A DNA stretch of 63,351 nt, counting the filler, from Octopus bimaculoides (taxonomy: Eukaryota), in NCBI RefSeq assembly GCF_001194135.2. It is 4 parts of 4 records of this genome, joined end to end, with 100 filler letters (N's around TTAATTAATTAA, not from the genome) between each part and the next. Parts side by side here need not be neighbours in the genome. Positions count along the whole stretch, not along the records: positions 54,038 to 61,408 come from NC_069010.1; positions 61,509 to 63,351 come from NC_068981.1; 2 more parts are not named here. One strand, 5' to 3'. Position 1 is the stretch's first letter; each line of letters starts with the position of its first letter. The position numbers and the translations under genes are program-made. Shown piece after piece: positions 54,779 to 63,351 of the stretch. The notes under the pieces are model-generated. The model did no database searches and was not told the DNA's origin. It saw only the letters and a list, made by a program, of their open reading frames with translations.

Positions 54779-55242
54779 AATGTGCATTCCAGAAGTTTTG
54801 AGATTATTTTTTCAGGAGGGACATTCATTTCAAACAAGTCCAAAACTCCAAAATCTCTTTCGAAATAGGATCCTCTGACTTCAAATGCTCCTGTCATAGC
54901 AGTCCAGCCAGTTTGTGAGGGCCCCGCGGAAGTCCTCCAAAATGAAGGTGTCCAGGTCCCTTGTCACTGCTTCTTTCATCTTCCCATTCATCTTGGGGAA
55001 CAGCAAAAAGTCACAGAGGACTTTTGGTTGTTTGGACTATGAGGAGAGTGAGGGACAATTTTGGTATCCATCTCTGTCAAGTAATTGGTTACCAGGATTG
55101 AGGAACTGTGGTTTGGTGCATTGATCTGGTGCAGGTGCTCTGGCCTTCAGCAAAAAATCTTCTAAACGCCCTCAAAATTAAGTATTCCTTCTTGACTGCC
55201 TGGCTAAAGGGTACCCAAAGGATGAAGATGATGCCCTTGCTG
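54779..55242 (-). mobile_element. Mariner transposase C-terminal remnant with TIR
   Basis: SKGIIFILWVP; HLHQINAPNH; ILVTNYLTEM..K.VPH.P.SP; CDFLLFPK; EAVTRDLDTFILEDF; terminus CTCAAAACTTCTGGAATGCAC. Confidence 0.85.
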
Positions 55243-55244
55243 TT

Positions 55245-55290
55245 AACACAATGTTTCGGCTGATATACCCTCCAGCCTTCATCAGGTGTC
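55245..55290 (-). ncRNA. Minimal type-I hammerhead ribozyme motif of Penelope-like type (one helix-III substitution)
   Basis: Minus strand GACAC-CUGAUGA-A-GGCUG-GAGGGUAUAU-CAGCC-GAAACAU-U-GUGUU: helix I GACAC/GUGUU, helix II GGCUG/CAGCC, intact CUGAUGA and GAAA. Confidence 0.65.
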
Positions 55291-55299
55291 TTGGGGGAA

Positions 55300-55390
55300 A
55301 CTTCGAACCTGCGGGTCAATTTGCTCGACTAAAAGGCGGTGCTCCAGCATGGCCACAGTCAAAATGACTGAAACAAGTAAAAGAGTAAGG
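55300..55390 (+). mobile_element. Family-B SINE 3' tail fragment fused to the hammerhead segment
   Basis: GGTCAATTTGCTCGACTAAAAGGCGGTGCTCCAGCATGGCCACAGTC...ACTGAAACAAGTAAAAGAGTAA; reverse complement of the motif at 58865-58935. Confidence 0.8.
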
Positions 55391-55399
55391 AACAACCAT

Positions 55400-56520
55400 G
55401 CATGCAAAGAAATACACGGTGAATAGTTTAAACAGCTGAATGAGGAAGCAGTATCAAAAAGAGACTCATTGAAATTTATAAAACAAATCAAATACTCAAT
55501 GATGGATAAAAATATTGTACAGTACTTACAAGACAGAAACAACTATTATGGAAGGAAAAAGGCATACAGATATTGTGAAACACAATGGAAATGTCGAACA
55601 TATGGCAATACAATGTGGGAAAATAGCATAGATGTAATATAAAGAGAGACACGATGAGATAACTAAAATAATGTTTGTGAACCTGCTACAGTAATATAAC
55701 ATAACAAAAAACCAGAAAATCAGAAATGTGGAAGTAGGAAAGGTAACAATAACCGAAAAGGTTAATATATTAGCTGTTGGCACTCCGTTGCTTACGACGT
55801 CGAGGGTTCCAGTTGATCCAATCAACAGAACAGCCTGCTCGTGAAATTAACGTGCAAGTCGCTGAGCACTCCACAGACACGTGTACCCTTAACGTAGTTC
55901 TCGGGGGAATATTCAGCATGACACAGTGTGACAAGGCTGACCCTTTGAATTACAGGCACAACAGAAGCAGGAAGAAAGAGTGAGAGAAAGTTGTGGTGGA
56001 AGAGTACAGCAGGGTTCNNNNNNNNNNCATCCCCTGTGAAATTAACGTGCAAGTGGCTGAGCACTCCACAGACACGTGTACCCTTAACGTAGTTCTCGGG
56101 GGAATATTCAGCATGACACAGTGTGACAAGGCTGACCCTTTGAATTACAGGCACAACAGAAGCAGGAAGAAAGAGTGAGAGAAAGTTGTGGTGGAAGAGT
56201 ACAGCAGGGTTCGCCACCATCCCCTGCCGGAGCCTCGTGGAGCTTTAGGTGTTTTCGCTCAATAAACACTCACAACGTCCGGTCTGGGAATCGAAACTGC
56301 AATCCTATGACCGCGAGTCCGCTGCCCTAACCACTGGGCCATTGCACCTCCTAAGATTTTAGTAGATAGTCCAGTAATAACACCAAACCATACAGAAAAC
56401 AATAAACTCGATATTACAATATTTGACCATGAAAGAAAAGAAACAATAATAATCAAAATTGGAATAACATTGACGAATGGGACAAGAACGCAAAACATCC
56501 AGACAGTTAGGTGATACAAG
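55400..56520 (+). mobile_element. R4-like LINE fragment (another subfamily) split by a SINE
   Basis: YLQDRNNYYG; VEHMAIQCG...ERHDEITK; after the SINE, NKLDITIFDHERKETIIIKIGIT. Confidence 0.65.
55773..56351 (-). mobile_element. Full-length tRNA-derived SINE (family E) with internal 190-bp tandem duplication
   Basis: Head GGAGGTGCAATGGCCCAGTGGTTAGGGCAG (A box) and GTTTCGATTCCC (B box); duplicated unit 55841-56035 / 56036-56225. Confidence 0.9.
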
Positions 56521-56644
56521 AAAGGGACAACGAAACATCCGAATAGACGATACAAAGAAAACAAGGACAGGTCATTCGGAGTTTTCTTTCCTCAGTCGAG
56601 ATCCAGATCATCCTTGCAATTTCGGCTGGTTATTCTCGAATGAT

Positions 56645-56795
56645 GGGCCTCTTTCAGTTTCCATCTACTAAATCCACTCACAGGCATTTGGTCGGCTCAA
56701 GGCTACAGTAGAAGCCACTTGACCAAGGTGCCCCACAGTGGGACTGAACCTGGGACATGTGGTTGGGAAGCAAGCGTCTTACCACACAGCCACAC
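56645..56795 (-). mobile_element. Family-C SINE 5' half
   Basis: CAGTTTCCATCTACTAAATCCACTCAC...CAAGGTGCCCCACAGTGGGACTGAACC. Confidence 0.85.
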
Positions 56796-57299
56796 ACACA
56801 CATATATATATTTATATATGTATGTATGTATATATTTATATATGTATATATATATATATATTTATATATGTATATAGATATATAGATATTTATATATGTA
56901 TATAGATATATATATATTTATGTATATATATATTTTTTATATATGTACATACATTTATATATGTATATGCATATACATATATGACATATATATATGTATG
57001 TATGTTACAAGATATATATATATATATATATTTATGTATGTATGTATATTATGTGTATATATATATTTGCATGATTGACCTAGTTTTGTATTACAAAGAA
57101 ATTATATCTGCATACACCCACACATACACACACACAACACACAGCTGAGGTTTGGGGTGGTGGAGGATACTGGCGCGAAGATGGGGTGGAGGGTCTCGTC
57201 TGGGCGGTGGCAGCGGAGGCAGCTTCAAAGAGTTTTGGCTTTTGTGAATGGGAATAAAAGAGAGTTTATTCTTGGTTTCGGATTCAATGTAAGAATAGC

Positions 57300-57756
57300 T
57301 TCTACAAACAACAACAACAACAACAGCAGCAAACACCTCTATCGTCACTGCCACCACCACCACCACCACAACTGCTGCTGCTGCTGCTGCTGTTGCTACT
57401 TGAAGCAGCGCTGCCACTACCAACAAGAACAATGTTGCTATCACTTCTGTATAATCAATACAATCATCACCATCATCATCATCATCATCGTCATTATCAA
57501 CATCATCATCATCATCATCAACATCATCATTATTATCATCATCATCACCATCGTCATCATCATCGTCATCATCGTTATCATTATCAACATCACCATCATC
57601 AACACCAGCACTACCACTACCACCATCATCGTCATCATCAACACCACGACCACGACCACCACCACGACCACCACTACCAAACCACCACCACCACCACAAC
57701 CAAAACACCACCGCCATCACCACCACTGCCACCACCAAACCACCACCACCACCACC
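57300..57756. repeat. Compound trinucleotide tract (CAA/CAC/CTG/CAT/CAC) running into a gap
   Basis: Read directly; explains the poly-I/H/T ORFs in the track. Confidence 0.9.
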
Positions 57757-58656
57757 NNNNNNNNNNNNNNNNNNNNNNNNNNNNNNNNNNNNNNNNNNNN
57801 NNNNNNNNNNNNNNNNNNNNNNNNNNNNNNNNNNNNNNNNNNNNNNNNNNNNNNNNNNNNNNNNNNNNNNNNNNNNNNNNNNNNNNNNNNNNNNNNNNNN
57901 NNNNNNNNNNNNNNNNNNNNNNNNNNNNNNNNNNNNNNNNNNNNNNNNNNNNNNNNNNNNNNNNNNNNNNNNNNNNNNNNNNNNNNNNNNNNNNNNNNNN
58001 NNNNNNNNNNNNNNNNNNNNNNNNNNNNNNNNNNNNNNNNNNNNNNNNNNNNNNNNNNNNNNNNNNNNNNNNNNNNNNNNNNNNNNNNNNNNNNNNNNNN
58101 NNNNNNNNNNNNNNNNNNNNNNNNNNNNNNNNNNNNNNNNNNNNNNNNNNNNNNNNNNNNNNNNNNNNNNNNNNNNNNNNNNNNNNNNNNNNNNNNNNNN
58201 NNNNNNNNNNNNNNNNNNNNNNNNNNNNNNNNNNNNNNNNNNNNNNNNNNNNNNNNNNNNNNNNNNNNNNNNNNNNNNNNNNNNNNNNNNNNNNNNNNNN
58301 NNNNNNNNNNNNNNNNNNNNNNNNNNNNNNNNNNNNNNNNNNNNNNNNNNNNNNNNNNNNNNNNNNNNNNNNNNNNNNNNNNNNNNNNNNNNNNNNNNNN
58401 NNNNNNNNNNNNNNNNNNNNNNNNNNNNNNNNNNNNNNNNNNNNNNNNNNNNNNNNNNNNNNNNNNNNNNNNNNNNNNNNNNNNNNNNNNNNNNNNNNNN
58501 NNNNNNNNNNNNNNNNNNNNNNNNNNNNNNNNNNNNNNNNNNNNNNNNNNNNNNNAGTTAAAGAAGTGATTTTTTTAAAATTCTCAATCGCAGAATAATG
58601 CTAATAACATAGCCTGAACAGGATAAACTACCCCTATTTTGCAGAGAAAAGTGTAG

Positions 58657-58733
58657 GTGGCTAGCTGTGGACTCGAACTCACATCCCCGTGATTACGCGT
58701 CACGATGCTTTGACCAATTAAGCTAAACTACCC
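58657..58733 (-). tRNA. tRNA-like cloverleaf (Thr-CGT-like anticodon), non-canonical; pseudo-tRNA or SINE head
   Basis: GGGTAGT/GCTAGCC acceptor (1 mismatch), GCTT/AAGC D stem, CGTGA/TCACG anticodon stem with loop CGCGTAA, TTCGAGT T loop, and TTTT about 10 nt downstream. There are extra bases and G at position 33. Confidence 0.5.
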
Positions 58734-58786
58734 ACTACAAATTCCTCTGCAAATCTAAGATGTATATATATATTTATACACACACA

Positions 58787-58854
<68 letters not shown>

Positions 58855-58855
<1 letters not shown>

Positions 58856-59232
58856 TTTATTCTTTTAATTGTTTCAGTCATTTCAATTGCAGCCATGCTG
58901 GAGCATCGCCTTTTTAGTCAAAGAAATCGACCTCTGGACTTCTTCTTTGTAAGCCTAGTACTTATTCAATTGGTCTCTTTTGCCAAACCCCTAAGTTATG
59001 GAGACAGGACGTAAGACACTAACATTGGTTGTCAAGCAATGGTTGGGGGACAAGCACACACACACACACACATTTATACGATAGGCTTCCTTCAGTTTCC
59101 GTTTACCAAATCCACTCACAAGGCTTTGGTCAGCCCGAGGCTATAGTAGAAGACACTTGCCCAAGGTGCCACGCAGTGGGACTGAACCCGGAACTATGGG
59201 GTTGGGAAGCAAGATTCTTACCACACAACCAC
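58855..59232 (-). mobile_element. Full-length SINE = family-C head + internal (CA)n + family-B body and tail
   Basis: Continuous minus-strand reading from GGTTGTGTGGTAAGAA through (TG)n to AATAAGTACTAGGCTTACAAAG and CTCCAGCATGGC...ACTGAAAC. Confidence 0.85.
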
Positions 59233-59244
59233 ACCTATATATAT

Positions 59245-59400
59245 ATTCTTTTATTCTTTTACTTGTGGCCATGCTGGATGATCACCTTTAGTCAAGCAAA
59301 TCGACCCCCAGGACTTATTGTTTGTAAGCCTAGTACTTATTCTATCAGTCTATTTTGCTGAACCGCTAAGTTACAGGAACGTAAACAGACCAACATTGGT
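59245..59400 (-). mobile_element. Second family-B body and tail
   Basis: TTTAGTCAAGCAAATCGACCCCCAGGACTTATT...AAGCCTAGTACTTATTCTATC. Confidence 0.85.
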
Positions 59401-59484
59401 CAAACGTGATAAAAACAAGCAAGGTGAGGACATCTATCCGTCCAATGTAAATAATGTATATAAATCTATGTTGCAACTAACTTT

Positions 59485-60195
59485 TGTGAAAAAGATAAAC
59501 TCCACCACAATACTATAGGTCAAACACCCAGCACTCTCAAAACAAGTTTAACACAACACACATACTCATGCTGACACATAAAGGCCACCCACCATCAACA
59601 TAAGACCACAAATAGACCAATGTGAAAGATGTAAACTCTGTCACAGTAAAGATTATATAGGTGAAACATCCAACACTTTCAAAATAAGTTTAACATGACA
59701 TACATATATACATGACCACTCCCATTCACACACATAAGTTCACATTATAATGAAACTAAGTGAAAAGAATGTAAATTCATCACAACAGTATAGTCAAATG
59801 TTCAGCTCTCGAAATAAGTTTAACTCTACACACACAAACACACACACTGACAGATGAAACTTCCTCCCACCAGACACGAACACATCGACACATAAATCCA
59901 CATTACAACAAACCTCTGTGAAAGTTACAAACTCTATTGCACCCATAACTATAAAGATCAAATGTTCACCGTTCTCAAAACATTATCCTATACACATATA
60001 AACACCGACATATGAGAACCTCCCCCACTGCCTCTTCAACATATAAATTCACATTACAGTGAGCCTAGATGTAAAAGATTCAAACTCCACTACAAAAAAA
60101 AACAAAAAAACTATAGGTCAAACATCCAGTACTCTCAAAACATGTTTAACACAACAGGCATACACACACCGAAATGTGAAGACCTTCTTGCACCA
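59485..60195. repeat. Old degenerate tandem repeat, 5 units of about 136-158 bp
   Basis: Units start TGTGAAA/TGTAAAA at 59485, 59621, 59759, 59917 and 60070, each with AAACTC...TATAGGTCAAA...CTCAAAA...GTTTAAC. Confidence 0.75.
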
Positions 60196-60546
60196 AATTA
60201 CATTTAGAAATCACTAAAAGCAAGAGAATTGTTCACACAATAGGATGTAATGATGTGATATTCATAATGGTAATCTTTACTTAAGGAGATACTTCTGAAA
60301 TACAACCATGTCAGCAGATTTGTACAGAAATGATGGGATAACATTAAAGCTTACGTATAATATAAAACACACATACACACACATGAACATATATACACAC
60401 AAGGCTATATGTGTATGTGCCATATGCACATATATATACATGTGGCAATACATATATGCACATACACTAAATTCCTTCATATATACACTATACATTAGTG
60501 TGTGTGCTTGTGTTTGTGTATGTATATAATCTATATATATATTTAT

Positions 60547-60648
60547 GTCATCATCATCATCATCGTCGTCATTTAACGTCCGCTTTCCATGCTAGCATGG
60601 GTTGGACGATTTGACTGAGGACTGGTGAAACCAGATGGCTACACCAGG

Positions 60649-60650
<2 letters not shown>
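60547..60650 (-). mobile_element. Retroposon 3' tail ...CCAACCCATGCTAGCATGGAAAGCGGACGTTAAA(TGA)n
   Basis: Palindromic CCATGCTAGCATGG stem and trinucleotide tail; RTE-like by recollection. Confidence 0.6.
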
Positions 60651-60692
<42 letters not shown>

Positions 60693-61065
60693 TTTATACA
60701 TACACTAGTACACATACAGTTATACATACATACACTCATGGTTTTACACAAATACACACACCACACACCCTTAAATACATACATATATATACAATGGTCA
60801 TTACACACATTATTATACATATATACACTGCTACATATGCATGCACTGGTGTACATACATACACTCACTACTTTACATACACCACACACATGCTCATAGA
60901 CATGTACACATATATGTACATACAGATATACACATTAAGGCATATATAAATACGTGTGTATATATATCTGTCTCCTCCATGCCTTAATCTCTCAACTGGC
61001 ACAAAATCACATCTCTTCAATGCCACTGCCCCATCCCAGTTGCATGGTACTTGATGACCCTGTTA

Positions 61066-61408
61066 GTGCTGGAGTCGCGTAAGAAGCACTGAGGGTGCCA
61101 CATATAAAGCACTGGTTCTCATGCTATGTAAAAAGCACTGGTGATGGTGTCACATAAAAAGCACTGGTGCTGGTGTCACATAAAAAGCAGTGGTGATGAT
61201 GTCGCATGAAAAGCACTGGTGATGGTGCCACATAAAAAGCACTGGAGATGGTGCCATCTAAAAAGCACTGGTGGTGGTGTCACATGAAAAGCACTGGTGA
61301 TGGTGCCACATAAAAAGCACTGGTGATGGTGCCACATAAAAAGCACTGGTGATGGTGCCACATAAAAAGCACTGGTGATGGTGCCACATAAAAAGCACTG
61401 GTGCTGGT
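61066..61408. repeat. 26-bp minisatellite (GGTGATGGTGCCACATAAAAAGCACT)n, about 10 regular plus 3 degenerate units, truncated by a gap
   Basis: Units every 26 bp from 61140 to 61400. Confidence 0.95.
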
Positions 61409-61452
61409 NNNNNNNNNNNNNNNNNNNNNNNNNNNNNNNNNNNNNNNNNNNN

Positions 61453-61464
61453 TTAATTAATTAA
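61453..61464. other. Assembly gap marker TTAATTAATTAA (artefact)
   Basis: 44 N + 12 bp + 44 N. Confidence 0.95.
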
Positions 61465-61508
61465 NNNNNNNNNNNNNNNNNNNNNNNNNNNNNNNNNNNN
61501 NNNNNNNN

Positions 61509-62233
61509 AAAGCCTCACCACCAGAAATTACCAAAAACATATAATGAAAAGAAACATAACAAGTAACTGTAGAATATGTGGCGATGGACAAGAAATAATA
61601 AATCATATTATCTCTGGCTGCCCAGTCCTGGCTAAGAAGGAATATCTTCACAGACACGACTGAGCTGGGACCTATATACACTGGAAGCTATGCCAACACT
61701 ATGGAATAACAACAGAAAAAAGATGGTATAAACACACGCCAGAAAAGGTCACAGAAAACGAGAAAGCAACCATACTCTGGGATATGCCAATACACACATA
61801 TAGAGAAATTAAGGCCAATAGGCCAGATATAGTTGTCAAAGGTCATGAAGGAAAAAAAAATGCTTTCTAATTGATGTAGCAATACCAGCAGATGACAACG
61901 TCTCCCTAAAAGAAATGGAGAAACTTTCAAAATACAAAGACCTGGAAATAGAGGTAACTCTAATGTAGAATCTAAAAACAGAAACAATTCCAATCATAGT
62001 AGGTGCCTAAGGTATAATAAAAAAATATTCAGACAAATACATAACAAAAACACCAGGACTTACAAATATATATAACATACAGAAAATTGCACTACTGGGT
62101 ACTGCACACATCCTACGCAAAACACTTTCAATACAGTAACCATAAGAGCATCACAGCAAACCACAGCACATACCCAAGGCACACAGAGCTGCGCTCGGTA
62201 GTGAAGTAAGAGCACGTTATAAAAATAAAACTA

Positions 62234-62238
<5 letters not shown>
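61509..62238 (+). mobile_element. R4/Dong-type LINE 3' end, best-preserved copy, with (TAA)n tail
   Basis: CRICGDGQEIINHIISGC (CCHC), RHD, ILWDMPIHT..EIKANRPDIVVK, CFLIDVAIP, KEMEKLSKYKDLEIEV, IQKIALLGTAHILRK; a few stops and frameshifts. Confidence 0.95.
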
Positions 62239-62308
<70 letters not shown>

Positions 62309-62309
<1 letters not shown>

Positions 62310-63187
62310 TGGAGAGCAAAGTTTAAACTATTGAAAGATGGAAACGATGCATGGACAATACCTCAGAGAAATGGAAGAGAAAGACAAGACCAACACCTGG
62401 AGGTGGCTAAGTCAATGGATGCGCTAGTGCTTTGATATGTAGGAACCTGGAACTAGCTCTGAGAACCAATTATACAAAATTCCAAATAAATAAGAGCAGT
62501 GAATCGCCCCTCTTTTGGGTATCTTGCAGCTAAAACGAAACAATCTTACATATTGTTAGTGAGTGTAGCACACTAGCCCAAAAGGAATACAAAAGAGACG
62601 CGATAATGTGGATAAGTTTTTGCACTGAAGATTTGTGAAAGTACTGTCTTGAAGGAACACGGAAATGGTACGAACATAAACCAGAAGATGCCACTGAGAA
62701 TAATGAATATAAGATCTTATGGGATTTTACAATCCAATGTGACTCAGTGAATGACGCTTGGAGAACAAACATCGTTGTAGTGGATAAAAGGAAGAACGAA
62801 ACCAAGATCGTAAATATTGCCATACCTGGAGGCGCACCAGTAGGTGAGAAAGAGCTAGAAGAGATTGAAAAATATAAGTTACTAAAAGACAAAGCTGCTC
62901 GACTGTGGGCAACGAAGAGAATAACTCTTATCTCAGTAGTTGTAGGGGCAGTAGGAACACTAAAAATCAGGTTTGAAGAATATGTTGGAGAATTTGGAAT
63001 CGACATGATGAGAGAACATGTTCCGAAAACTACTCTATTGAGAACAGCGAGGATTTTGAGACTGGTACTTGTGTGGCAAGTATAGTGGAAAGAGACCCTG
63101 TGAGACCTTTGACAAAAGGTTGCTGTCTGCTCTTAGAGAATTAACTGGAGCAAGTAAAATCGAGAGATCTGAGAAATGAAATGGAAA
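62309..63187 (+). mobile_element. Second R4/Dong-type LINE 3' fragment (different subfamily) starting in the TAA tail of the first
   Basis: MHGQYLRE, TWRWL, ETILHIVSEC..LAQKEYKR, WYEHKPE, KILWDFTIQCD, KIVNIAIP, EKYKLLK, LLRTARILR. Confidence 0.9.
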
Positions 63188-63195
63188 TAATAATG

Positions 63196-63256
<61 letters not shown>

Positions 63257-63267
63257 TGATGATGATG

Positions 63268-63351
<84 letters not shown>
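63188..63351. repeat. (TAA)n array with a short (GAT)n insert
   Basis: Read directly; forms the tail of the preceding LINE. Confidence 0.95.

Noticed and set aside
61066-61408. CRISPR-like array
   Set aside because: Units are contiguous with no unique spacers, there are no cas genes, and the context is eukaryotic.

Overview
This is a gappy, AT-rich animal genomic window (intronic or intergenic), with many N-runs and dense di-, tri- and tetranucleotide microsatellites. The SINE families and repeat landscape look like a coleoid cephalopod, probably Octopus (recognition from memory, not searched). No intact host protein-coding gene is supported: the long ORFs in the track are microsatellite or N artefacts. 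Recognisable content is decayed mobile DNA. It includes about 10 fragments of R4/Dong-type restriction-like-endonuclease LINEs (all on +, several abutting (TAA)n), single CR1-, RTE- and Penelope-like (PLE) fragments, two mariner remnants, one maT-like remnant, two MITEs and more than 30 tRNA-derived SINE copies. The most interesting items are: (1) a near-canonical minimal PLE-type hammerhead ribozyme at 55245-55290 (-), plus decayed relatives; (2) three long inverted-repeat structures in TA-rich tracts, including a 254-bp spacerless palindrome; (3) a tRNA-like cloverleaf enclosed in its own 19-bp inverted repeat with a Pol III terminator; (4) apparent shared use of (ATT/TAA)n arrays as landing pads by SINEs and R4/Dong LINEs on opposite strands. 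Three TTAATTAATTAA islands centred in 100-bp gaps are assembly markers. Most element boundaries are approximate (about +/-20 bp) unless stated as exact.
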